DNA from: an uncultured Sphingobium sp.
Lineage (GTDB): Bacteria; Pseudomonadota; Alphaproteobacteria; Sphingomonadales; Sphingomonadaceae
Length of the DNA stretch: 64,000 bases
Assembly (NCBI GenBank): GCA_964544675.1
Contig: CAZJCT010000003.1
Span: forward strand, 6,203 to 70,202
Direction of reading: 5' to 3'
Shown: positions 50,518 through 59,190 of the stretch, one piece after another
How the letters are laid out: each line of letters starts with the position of its first letter
Numbering within the stretch: position 1 is the stretch's first letter
Notes under the pieces: generated by a model
Databases searched by the model: none
Seen by the model: the letters and a program-made list of their open reading frames with translations, nothing else
What the model was told of the DNA's origin: nothing
Position numbers and translations under genes: made by a program

Positions 50518-51345
50518 ATGTTGTTGGAAATTGAAGCAATCTCTCCAGTTCGTCCTGTCTCCCCCGCCGCGCCCTATATGGGCGGCAAGCGCAATCTCGC
50601 GCGGCGGATCTGCGATATCATCGCCGCTGTCGACCATGACGGCTATGCCGAGCCGTTCGTCGGCATGGGCGGGATCTTCCTCCGTCGCCACGCGCGGCCG
50701 CGCTTCGAGGCGATCAACGATATCAGCGGCGACGTCGCCACCTTCTTTCGTGTGCTCCAGGAGCACTATCCGTATTTCATCGACATGCTGCGCTGGCGCG
50801 TGGCGAGCCGGGCCGAATTCGGCCGCCTGATCGGGCTGGATCCGTCGCGGCTGACTGACCTGCAGCGGGCGGCGCGCTTTCTGTATCTCCAGCGCCTGTC
50901 GTTCGGCGGCAAGATCCGCAGCCGCAATTTCGGGGTCGACAGTCGCGCCGGCGCGCGGTTCGATATCTCGAAGCTCGAGCCAATGCTGGCCGACATCCAC
51001 GAGCGGCTCGCCGGCGTCGTGATCGAACAGCTGCCCTTTGCCGACTTCCTGGCGCGCTACGATCGGCCGGGCATGCTGTTCTATTGCGACCCGCCTTACT
51101 GGGACTGCGAAGGCGATTATGGCGCAGACGTCTTTGGCAAGGATGATTTCGCCCGGCTGGCGGAGTTCATGCGCGGCGCGGCCGGCAAAGTCCTTCTCTC
51201 CATCAACGACACACCCGAGGTCCGCGCCATCTTCGCCGGGCTCAACCTGACGCCGATCGACACGACCTACACGATCGCGACGGCGACGACCGGCAAGGCC
51301 AAGCGTGTCGGCGAGCTCCTCATCAGCAATTTCGCGCTCGGCTGA
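50518..51345 (+). CDS. DNA adenine methyltransferase (D12/Dam class)
   Basis: PYMGGK, EPFVGMGG, INDI, DPPY, LLSIND, ELLISN. Confidence 0.93.
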   Translation: MLLEIEAISPVRPVSPAAPYMGGKRNLARRICDIIAAVDHDGYAEPFVGMGGIFLRRHARPRFEAINDISGDVATFFRVLQEHYPYFIDMLRWRVASRAEFGRLIGLDPSRLTDLQRAARFLYLQRLSFGGKIRSRNFGVDSRAGARFDISKLEPMLADIHERLAGVVIEQLPFADFLARYDRPGMLFYCDPPYWDCEGDYGADVFGKDDFARLAEFMRGAAGKVLLSINDTPEVRAIFAGLNLTPIDTTYTIATATTGKAKRVGELLISNFALG

Positions 51346-51368
51346 AGCCGAGCCCGGGCAACATCGCC

Positions 51369-51448
51369 GCCGGGTCGCACGTTGGCGACCCGGCACGAAC
51401 CTTGCCGGCTATCCCCTGGATAGCCCAAGGACCGGCCAAAGCCGGTCC
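51369..51448. repeat. Three tandem perfect hairpins
   Basis: GCCGGGTCGC/GCGACCCGGC, GGCTATCC/GGATAGCC, GGACCGGC/GCCGGTCC. Confidence 0.8.
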
Positions 51449-51577
51449 GCCCCCGTCCGGCTGCGACGTGGTGAGACCGCCTTGCGCGGGCGTCTAGCTG
51501 TCTGTGGTGCCCCGATATTGCGCCTGGCGAAGCCAGTCCTTTTCCCCTTAATCCCCTACCTGCGGATAGTGCCTGTT

Positions 51578-52234
51578 TTATGGACTCGGGCGGGGCCGGT
51601 TCTCGACCGCGTCGCCGAGGCGGGCGAGGGCGGCCTCAAGGGCCGGGTTAGCGGCCATTGTGGGGGCAGGGGGCTTGGCTGGCGGGGCGCTTCCCAGCTT
51701 GCGCAAGTTGCGGGTGAGGGCGTGCAGGAAGGTCTGCCACACCCTTTTCGCCATGCGCTGGCGATGGTTGAAATAGTAGGCGTTGGACGTCTGCTTGCGC
51801 GAAGGGCCGTCTTCGTCCTCGTTCCGGATCGACCTGCGGACCCAATCGATAAAGCCGTGGGCCTGGAGCCGCTTGATGGCGTCGATCACGACCTGGCGAC
51901 AGACGCCGGCCTTCGCCGCGATCGTCGCCTGGCTTGGAAATAGCTCGCCCGTTGCGAAGTTCAGCAGGGACAGCATCGCGTCGAAGACGAAATAGTCGCT
52001 GCGCTGGAGCCGGTCGGCACCCTCATAGCCCTCCTGGCGCTGTTGCTTGATCAGCGCCTTCAGCGTTTCCCGAAGCGCACCGGTGTGCGCAAAGCCCTGG
52101 GCGGCCGAGCCGTCGCCGATCCGCTTGAACACCTTGGCGCGCGGATCCTCCACATCATAGCTGTTCCGCCGGACCGGATCGTTGCGGCGAGCTGCGTAGG
52201 CGATCGCGATGTCGCCGATCGAGCGCGCCGTCAT
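51578..52234 (-). CDS. Winged-helix replication-initiator-like protein
   Basis: TGELFPSQATIAAKAGVCRQVVIDAIKRLQAHGFIDWVRR...QTSNAY. Confidence 0.7.
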   Translation of the reverse strand: MTARSIGDIAIAYAARRNDPVRRNSYDVEDPRAKVFKRIGDGSAAQGFAHTGALRETLKALIKQQRQEGYEGADRLQRSDYFVFDAMLSLLNFATGELFPSQATIAAKAGVCRQVVIDAIKRLQAHGFIDWVRRSIRNEDEDGPSRKQTSNAYYFNHRQRMAKRVWQTFLHALTRNLRKLGSAPPAKPPAPTMAANPALEAALARLGDAVENRPRPSP

Positions 52235-53495
52235 GCGCCCGCTCCCTTGACGGCAGCAGTTCCTTCAGCGGAACCGCGTCGAGCAGCAGGATATCGGCCC
52301 ACTCCTGCGCCAGCTCGCGCCGCCGCGGCATGTAGGCATAGCGGTTGTAGATGGGTTCGACGCCGTCGCTCATATGCGCGAGCATGAGGTCTATGACCTC
52401 GCGATCCTCCTTGCGGTTCCCCACCGCCGCGATCTGATTCATGATCGTCGAGAAGGTTGCCCGCCATCCGTGCGGGACGTGGCGGCCGGCATAGCCCGCC
52501 GTGCGATAGAACTTGCTGATCGTGCTGTCGGTCAGGGGGCGATGCGTCGCCCGCGTGCCGAAGAAGAGGTAGGGGCGACCGCCGCCCGCGCCGATCGCCG
52601 CGTTTACCAGCTCGACCGCCTGCCATGAAAGCGGGACCACGAACTCGAAGACCGTATCCTCCTTGCGCTCCCGCGTCAGCTTCATCTTGGTCGCAGGAAT
52701 TCGCCAGATTGGCTCCTCGCCCTCGAGATCCTCGAACTCGTCCGGCTGCGCGAGTCGAAGCACCCCCGGTCGCACCGCCGTCAAAGCCAGCAGCCGCGAC
52801 GCCAGCTTTGTCATGAAGAAGGCGTCGGCCTGGCATTCCACCGTGCGAAGCATGGCCCGTGCCTGTTCGATCTGGAGCATGGCTGGGCGCAGCTTGCGCA
52901 GGCGCGGCTTCAGCGCTGGCCGCACGATCGCCGCCGGGTCGCTTTCCGCTAGACCACAACCGATCGCGAAGACGAACACCGACGAGATATGCTGTCGCAC
53001 CCGCTTGGCCATCTCGATCGCGCCGCGCGCCTCGATCGAGCGGAGAAGCGCCAGAACGAGCGCCGGCGTGATCGATCCCGGTGCAAGCGAGCCGATCGAG
53101 GGGAAGACGTCGGCTTCCAGCCTGTCGAGGACCTGGCCAGCATAGCGATCGGTCAGGATTTCCTGTTGGGATTTGTGCCAGTCGCGCGCGATCGATTCGA
53201 ACGTTCCGCCGGTCGCGATCCTGCGCTTGGCTGCCTTCGTCTTCGCGACAAGGCCGGGATCGGTACCGGCGTTCAGGAGCTTGCGCGCATCCGCCGCCAC
53301 CTCGCGCGCCTCGCGCAGCGACACCAGCGGGTATGGGCCGAAGGTGAGCAGCTTCTCCTTGCCGCCGTAGCGGTATTTCATCCGCCAGGTCTTGTTGCCG
53401 TTCGGCTTCACATGAAGATAGAGACCGTGGGCGTCGCCCATCTTGTATGGCCGCGCCTGAGCCGGCGCAGTCTTGCACCGCGCATCGGTCAGCAT
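52155..53495 (-). CDS. Tyrosine integrase, P4 family (att-proximal)
   Basis: YKMGDAHGLYLHV arm domain; AVR, HGWR, LAH, YNR; 150 bp from att. Confidence 0.95.
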   Translation of the reverse strand: MLTDARCKTAPAQARPYKMGDAHGLYLHVKPNGNKTWRMKYRYGGKEKLLTFGPYPLVSLREAREVAADARKLLNAGTDPGLVAKTKAAKRRIATGGTFESIARDWHKSQQEILTDRYAGQVLDRLEADVFPSIGSLAPGSITPALVLALLRSIEARGAIEMAKRVRQHISSVFVFAIGCGLAESDPAAIVRPALKPRLRKLRPAMLQIEQARAMLRTVECQADAFFMTKLASRLLALTAVRPGVLRLAQPDEFEDLEGEEPIWRIPATKMKLTRERKEDTVFEFVVPLSWQAVELVNAAIGAGGGRPYLFFGTRATHRPLTDSTISKFYRTAGYAGRHVPHGWRATFSTIMNQIAAVGNRKEDREVIDLMLAHMSDGVEPIYNRYAYMPRRRELAQEWADILLLDAVPLKELLPSRERAHDGALDRRHRDRLRSSPQRSGPAEQL

Positions 53496-53510
53496 GGCAC
53501 GCTCCGGGGC

Positions 53511-53530
53511 GTACCCCCAATTGCACCCCC
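53511..53530. promoter_or_regulatory. Putative integrase arm-type binding sites (right)
   Basis: GTACCCCCAATTGCACCCCC, directly upstream of int. Confidence 0.7.
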
Positions 53531-53644
53531 AAATGTGCCGGGACTGTGCGGGATGTTGTGGGACTGCATAGGCTCGCCGTTCGCTGGATTTCCAGCGATT
53601 CGCAAGCAGCGCGGGACCTGTGGGAACCGCCGGGAAAGAGGTGT

Positions 53645-53659
53645 TGGCTCCCTGAGTTG
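53645..53659. repeat. att core, right copy
   Basis: TGGCTCCCTGAGTTG, identical to 8764-8778. Confidence 0.93.
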
Positions 53660-53719
53660 GATTCGAACCAACGGCCGCTCGATTAACAGTCGAGAGCTCT
53701 ACCGCTGAGCTATCAGGGA
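53645..53719 (-). tRNA. tRNA-Asn (GTT)
   Basis: TCCCTGATAGCTCAGCGGTAGAGCTCTCGACTGTTAATCGAGCGGCCGTTGGTTCGAATCCAACTCAGGGAGCCA: cloverleaf, GTT anticodon, encoded CCA. Confidence 0.97.
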
Positions 53720-53782
53720 GCAGCCCGCTTTCGCGAGCGAGCCGCGCCTATAGCAGCGGCTTTCGCGGTTTTGCAAGCGGGG

Positions 53783-54556
53783 TCAGACGATAAATTGCTC
53801 GGCGGCGATCCGGTCGTCGAGCGTGTGTTCCGGATCGAACAGCAGCGTCAGCGGACTTGTGGGGTCGGTGGCCACCTCGACCGATCGCACATCGCGCACC
53901 TCGCGCTGGTCCGCCACCGCCGAAACCGGCCGCTTGGCCGAATCGAGCGCGTTGAACCGGATGCGGGTCTTTTCGGGCAGGATCGCTCCGCGCCAGCGCC
54001 GGGGACGGAAGGGACTGATGGGGGTCAGTGCGACAAGTCCGGAGCCCAGCGGCAGGATCGGGCCATGAGCTGAGAGGTTGTACGCCGTCGAACCGGCGGG
54101 AGTCGCGACGAGCACCCCGTCGCAGACCAGTTCCGGAATCACCACCCGGCCGTCGACCGACACTTCCAGCTTGGCGGTCTGCCGAGTCTCGCGAAGCAGC
54201 GACACTTCGTTGATTGCCGGCAGGTGGAATTGCTCGCCGTCGAGGGTCGTGACTTCCATGCGCAGCGGCTGGACCCGCACGGGCTTGGCACGCTTGAGCC
54301 GCGCCTCCAGCCCGTCCAGCCGCCATTCGTTCATCAGGAAGCCGACAGTGCCGAGATTCATGCCGAAGACCGGCTTGGTCTGCCGGGTCTCGAGCATCTG
54401 ATGCAGGCTCTGCAGCATGAAGCCGTCGCCGCCCAGGGCGATCAGGCAATCGGCCTCGTTCGGCGCGACGAAGCCGTACTCCGCGCGAAGCTGCCGTTCG
54501 GCCTCCCGCGCCTGCGGCGTGGGCGACGCGACGAGCGCGATCCGTGGTTCGCTCAT
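53783..54556 (-). CDS. nadK: NAD kinase
   Basis: LGGDG, GTVGFLMN, AINE, TPAGSTAYNLSA. Confidence 0.95.
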   Translation of the reverse strand: MSEPRIALVASPTPQAREAERQLRAEYGFVAPNEADCLIALGGDGFMLQSLHQMLETRQTKPVFGMNLGTVGFLMNEWRLDGLEARLKRAKPVRVQPLRMEVTTLDGEQFHLPAINEVSLLRETRQTAKLEVSVDGRVVIPELVCDGVLVATPAGSTAYNLSAHGPILPLGSGLVALTPISPFRPRRWRGAILPEKTRIRFNALDSAKRPVSAVADQREVRDVRSVEVATDPTSPLTLLFDPEHTLDDRIAAEQFIV

Positions 54557-55560
54557 CAGCCGCCGGTCACGCTCATGTGACGCCGGGTGGCCGGACCGGC
54601 ACCTCCGCCGATCTGGAAATCATGGCGCAAGGGTTTCGCCATCAGCGCCTGGTCGAGCAGCGCATCGAGCGCGTCCGACCCGCCGTCGCGCAGTGCGGCC
54701 ATCATGTCGACATGATCCTCATGCCCCAGGCACATATAGATGCGGCCCTGGCAGGTCACCCGCATGCGATTGCAGCCCGAACAGAAATTGTCCGACATCG
54801 GCGTGATGAGGCCTAGCCGCGCGCCCATGCCCGCGACGCTGAAATAACGCGCCGGGCCGCCGGTGCGATAGTCGGTCGGAATCAGGTCATGCGCCGCGCG
54901 GATCGGGGCGATCGCCTCGTGCAGCGGCAGATAATGGTCGGTGCGGTCATCGGCGACCTCGCCCAGCGGCATGGTCTCGATCAGCGTCAGGTCGTGCCCG
55001 CGCGCGTCGCACCAGCGCAGCATGTCGAGCGCTTCCCCATCGTTGATGCCGCGCATCATCACCATGTTGATCTTGACGGCCATTCCGGCGGCAGCAGCAG
55101 CGTCGATCCCGCCGAGCACATCGTCCAGACGCCCGACACGCGAAACATGGGCGAAGACGTCCGGCCGCAGGCTGTCGAGGCTGACGTTGATCCGGCGAAT
55201 ACCGGCATCGTGCAACTCCTCCGCAAAGCGGGCGAGCCGGGTGCCGTTGGTGGTCAGCGTCAGTTCGTCGAGGCCGTGACCCAGATGCCGGCCGATCCGG
55301 CGGGCAAGCTCGCCGAAATCGCGGCGCACGAGCGGCTCGCCGCCCGACAGCCTGATCCGGCGAACGCCGCGCGCGATGAAGCGGTCGGCGATGATCGCCA
55401 GCTCCTCCAGCGTGAGGATCTGGCTGCGCGGCAGGAAGCTCATGTCCTCCGCCATGCAGTAGCGGCAGCGCAGATCGCAGCGGTCGGTGACCGACAGGCG
55501 GATATATTCGATGCCGCGACCAAAGCGGTCCGACAGCGAGGGGCGGGGGGCCATCGTCAT
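54556..55560 (-). CDS. moaA: GTP 3',8-cyclase
   Basis: CDLRCRYC radical SAM motif, FCSGCNR, C-terminal MSVTGG. Confidence 0.96.
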   Translation of the reverse strand: MTMAPRPSLSDRFGRGIEYIRLSVTDRCDLRCRYCMAEDMSFLPRSQILTLEELAIIADRFIARGVRRIRLSGGEPLVRRDFGELARRIGRHLGHGLDELTLTTNGTRLARFAEELHDAGIRRINVSLDSLRPDVFAHVSRVGRLDDVLGGIDAAAAAGMAVKINMVMMRGINDGEALDMLRWCDARGHDLTLIETMPLGEVADDRTDHYLPLHEAIAPIRAAHDLIPTDYRTGGPARYFSVAGMGARLGLITPMSDNFCSGCNRMRVTCQGRIYMCLGHEDHVDMMAALRDGGSDALDALLDQALMAKPLRHDFQIGGGAGPATRRHMSVTGG

Positions 55561-55714
55561 GTGCAAGACATCATAAAGCTGTTTAGGCCCATTGGAACGG
55601 TGGACGAGCTGAGGCCCGGGATGGTAGCAGGTTCGTACCGAATTGCGAGCATGACAAAAAGGGAAGCGCGGCAATGGCGGATCAGGACGGGCGCAGTCGC
55701 CCGATTGCGGCCCG

Positions 55715-57817
55715 GTGAACCGGCTGAGCGAATTTCCGACGCCGGATGCGTTCGGTGCGAGCGATGCCGTGGTCGAAGCTGCGCCCGTGTTCATCCTGTC
55801 GCCCGATCATCGCGAGGAGTTGTACGCGCTGGCGCTCGACGCGGGCTGGAAGCCCCTGGCGGCGCGTCGGCGCGAGCGCGCGGAGAGCCGGTATCTCGGC
55901 AGCCTGGCGCGGACCGCGCTGGTCGATATTCGCGGCCAGGACGAAGCGGCGGCGAGGGAACTGATCCTCTCGCTGGCCGATGCGGTGGAGGCGTCGGGCG
56001 GCGCGATGCTGCTGCTGGTCGATGCGGGTCAGGAAGCCCTGGTTCCCGACTTCATCGCTGCGGGCGCGACCCATTTCGTCGTCGCGCCGATCACGCGCGA
56101 ACGGCTGACGGCGGGCCTCGCCTCTGCCGATGCGCTGGCGGGACGGCTGATCGGGTCGCTCGCGAGCATGCGCAACCGCCATGCCGTCGAACGGCGCGAC
56201 TCGCTGTTCTGGCGGTGGAGCAGCACCGACAGGGTGCTGTCCGCCAGCCCGGCGCTGATCGCCTTGGCGCAGGAGATCGACCCGCATTTTCACCTCCAGC
56301 GCGCGACCGTGGCGCGGCTGGTGCGGTTGCTCCACCGCTCCGAACGCGCCGGGGCTATCGCCGCGCTCCGCCATGCGATCGACGACCTGATGCCCGCCGC
56401 CTTCGCGCACACTGTCGGTTCCGCTCCGGGCCGGCGCCTGGTCCAGCATATCTATCCCGACAGCAACGGGTTCAGTGGCGAGACCGAGCTGCTGGACGCC
56501 AGTCGCCGTGCCGACAGCCGTGACACCGATTTCCTGACCGGCCTTGCCAACCGGCGCGGCGCGCTCGCCTGGGTGGCGCAGACGCTGGCGCAGGGCGGCG
56601 GGGTGACGATGCTGCTCGTCGGGCTGAACGGGTTCGACCAGATCAACACCGCTTATGGCCGCATCGTGGGTGACGCGATGCTGAGCCGGATCGCGCTGCG
56701 CCTGTCGCGGCTTGCGGCGAGTGCCTCGGGCGAGGAGCCGCTGGTGGCGCGGATTGCCGGTGCCGAGTTTCTGGTGGGCTTGCGCAAGGACGCCGACGGA
56801 CCGGAACGTCTCGTCATCGACAAGGCCGGGTTGATCGCTTCCCAGCTGGTGTCCGATGTCGAGCGGCCGTTCAATGCCGGCGACCATCTGATCCGGGTGT
56901 CGGCGCGGTGCGGAATCGCGCTGTCAGGCGCCGACGACAGCGCCGAGGCAATGCTGCGACGGGCGAGTTCGGCGCTGGCCGATGCGCGCCGCGCGGGCGC
57001 GGGGGGAAGCGTCCGCGTCCGCCATGCCGACGGGGCGAGCCATGTCTTCCATCAGGAGAGGATCGACAGCGACCTGCGGCTCGCGCTCGATCGCGGCGAG
57101 ATACAGATATTGTTCCAGCCGCAGTTCGCCATGGCCGACGACCGCATCACGGGGGTCGAGGCGCTGGCGCGCTGGCGGCATCCGGTGCACGGCGAGATCG
57201 GGGCGGGCGCGCTGTTCGCCATCGCCGAGCGGTCGGATTTCCTGGTCCCGCTGTCGGATCACATCCACGCGCGCGCGCTGGCGCTGGCGGCGCAATGGCC
57301 CGTCGCGCTGAGCCAGCTGCGGATCGCCCTGAACGTGACCGCCGCCGATATCGGCCAGCCGGACTTTCTCGAAAAGATACTGGAACAGATTGACACTGCG
57401 GGGATCGACCGGCGGCGGATCACGCTGGAGATCACCGAAAGCGGCCTTATCGAGAATCTGGCGCATGCGGCCGGGCTGCTCACGCGCCTCAGGGGGGAGC
57501 GGCTGGCGGTGGCCATCGACGACTTCGGGACAGGCTATTCGAGCCTCGCCTATCTCAAGGCGCTGCCGCTCGACTATCTCAAGATCGACAGCACCATCGC
57601 CCAGGACATAGCGGGGTCGCCGCGTGACCGCGTGATCGTGCGCGGCATCATCGACATGGCGCGGTCACTGGGCCTGTGCGTCGTGGCGGAAGGGGTCGAG
57701 ACCGAGCAGCAGCTGGTGCTCCTCGCCCGCGCCGGCTGCGACAGCTATCAGGGGTTTCTGAGGGCGCCGCCGCTGGAGTGCGATGCGTTGATTCAGCACG
57801 TCGCTGGCGGCGACTGA
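55715..57817 (+). CDS. GGDEF (degenerate AGAEF)/EAL c-di-GMP phosphodiesterase
   Basis: DFLTGLANR; VEALARW, IDDFGTGYSSL, AEGVE. Confidence 0.9.
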   Translation: MNRLSEFPTPDAFGASDAVVEAAPVFILSPDHREELYALALDAGWKPLAARRRERAESRYLGSLARTALVDIRGQDEAAARELILSLADAVEASGGAMLLLVDAGQEALVPDFIAAGATHFVVAPITRERLTAGLASADALAGRLIGSLASMRNRHAVERRDSLFWRWSSTDRVLSASPALIALAQEIDPHFHLQRATVARLVRLLHRSERAGAIAALRHAIDDLMPAAFAHTVGSAPGRRLVQHIYPDSNGFSGETELLDASRRADSRDTDFLTGLANRRGALAWVAQTLAQGGGVTMLLVGLNGFDQINTAYGRIVGDAMLSRIALRLSRLAASASGEEPLVARIAGAEFLVGLRKDADGPERLVIDKAGLIASQLVSDVERPFNAGDHLIRVSARCGIALSGADDSAEAMLRRASSALADARRAGAGGSVRVRHADGASHVFHQERIDSDLRLALDRGEIQILFQPQFAMADDRITGVEALARWRHPVHGEIGAGALFAIAERSDFLVPLSDHIHARALALAAQWPVALSQLRIALNVTAADIGQPDFLEKILEQIDTAGIDRRRITLEITESGLIENLAHAAGLLTRLRGERLAVAIDDFGTGYSSLAYLKALPLDYLKIDSTIAQDIAGSPRDRVIVRGIIDMARSLGLCVVAEGVETEQQLVLLARAGCDSYQGFLRAPPLECDALIQHVAGGD

Positions 57818-59067
57818 AGGGCCATCAGGTCGCCACCGGCCAGCAGCCGGCTCGACAGTTCGCTCCAGGAGCCGAGGTTGAGCGCCGCCTCGTCGCCTTC
57901 GCCCATCACCTGATCGTCGCGCAGGCTGTCCGACAGAACAATATCGACGGGATCGATCAGCTCGCCGCGAACGAGATCGAAGAATGCCCGCACCCTGGGA
58001 CGGCTGTTGCGCTGACGGTTGGGCAGGGTGACGGCGAGCCGCCGGCTGCGAAGCTCGACGAGCAGCCCCGGAGGGAACACGCCGACCGATCGCATGAACT
58101 GGAACAGCAGGGGACGGTCGAAATGCCCTTCCCAGGCGAGCATGTTCGTCAGCGTTTCCACGGGCGTCCAGCTTTCCTTGTAGACCCGGTCGGACGTCAG
58201 CGCGTCATAGACGTCGCAGATCGCGCCCATGCGCGCTTCCCTCGACAGCTGATCGGCGCTGAGGCCGAAGGGATAGCCGCGCCCGTCCATCCGCTCATGA
58301 TGATGCAGGCAGACATCGATCGCCTCCCGCGGCACATCGCTGTCGCCACTGATCAGATCGCGGCCACGTTCGGGGTGCGATTTGATCTCGGCGAACTGCG
58401 CGTCTGTCAGGCGGCCGGGATGTTCGAGAATGTCGATCGGCACCGCCGCCTTGCCGACGTCGTGCAGCAGCCCGGCAAGGCCGATCGTGCGATGCTCCCG
58501 CTCCGGAATGTTCAGCGTCCGGGCGAGGTTGACCATCAGCGTGCAGACCGCGACCGAATGCATATAGGTATATTCGTTCTTGTCCTTCAGCCGCGCGACG
58601 TTGAGCATCGCGGTCGGGTGGCGTTCCACCGATTCGACGATGTCATCGACCACGTCGATCACGTCCTTGACCTGAACCGCGCGGCCAAGCCGGGCCTGTT
58701 CGAAGGTGCGAAAGACGACTGCCTTCGACCGCTTGATCACCGTCTTGGCACGCTCGATCTCCGCCATGTTGCGGTCATGGTCGGTCACCGGCGGAACGCG
58801 CGACGGTTGCCGGACAGGCTCTCGCGGCGGCTCCGGTTTCCGCTTGGGCGGGGAGGGGGGCGGGGTACTGGCGGCCGTCTGCTTGGCGGCCGGTCCGGCA
58901 TCCTCGACAATGACGCCCTCCAGTGCACTCGCCTGAAGTCGCTCCAGCATCTCGGTATCGTCGAGGACGAAATTCTTGCGCCAGAAAGGGTGCTTCCACC
59001 AAGGGTCGGTGAAGCCGATCACGCGCATGCCCATGCGCAGTTCTGACGGGGATACGATCTTCGACAC
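57793..59067 (-). CDS. HD-GYP phosphodiesterase with N-terminal DUF3391-like domain
   Basis: LLHDVGK, HHERMDGRGYP, DVYDALTSDRVYK. Confidence 0.92.
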   Translation of the reverse strand: MSKIVSPSELRMGMRVIGFTDPWWKHPFWRKNFVLDDTEMLERLQASALEGVIVEDAGPAAKQTAASTPPPSPPKRKPEPPREPVRQPSRVPPVTDHDRNMAEIERAKTVIKRSKAVVFRTFEQARLGRAVQVKDVIDVVDDIVESVERHPTAMLNVARLKDKNEYTYMHSVAVCTLMVNLARTLNIPEREHRTIGLAGLLHDVGKAAVPIDILEHPGRLTDAQFAEIKSHPERGRDLISGDSDVPREAIDVCLHHHERMDGRGYPFGLSADQLSREARMGAICDVYDALTSDRVYKESWTPVETLTNMLAWEGHFDRPLLFQFMRSVGVFPPGLLVELRSRRLAVTLPNRQRNSRPRVRAFFDLVRGELIDPVDIVLSDSLRDDQVMGEGDEAALNLGSWSELSSRLLAGGDLMALQSPPATC

Positions 59068-59190
59068 GCCTCTGACGCTGCTCTCTTATCGTTGCCGACG
59101 AGCGACCATGCTTCATATTGTTGAATCGACGCTTAAAGCACCAGAATGACGCTTTCAGGTCCTCTGCTGCTCTTTGTCCATATTATTACT

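Larger units (their letters stand above)
8764..53659. mobile_element. Prophage (lambdoid siphovirus-like, ~44.9 kb) integrated in tRNA-Asn
   Basis: Integrase, AlpA, cI/cro, terminase, portal, capsid, tail and lysis genes lie between 15-bp direct repeats that match the tRNA 3' end. Confidence 0.95.

Noticed and set aside
49484..51345. Restriction-modification system
   Set aside because: No recognisable endonuclease gene is adjacent; orphan phage methyltransferases are more likely.
57793..57817. Convergent overlap of EAL and HD-GYP genes
   Set aside because: Short 3' overlaps are common in GC-rich genomes; no further evidence of a linked system.
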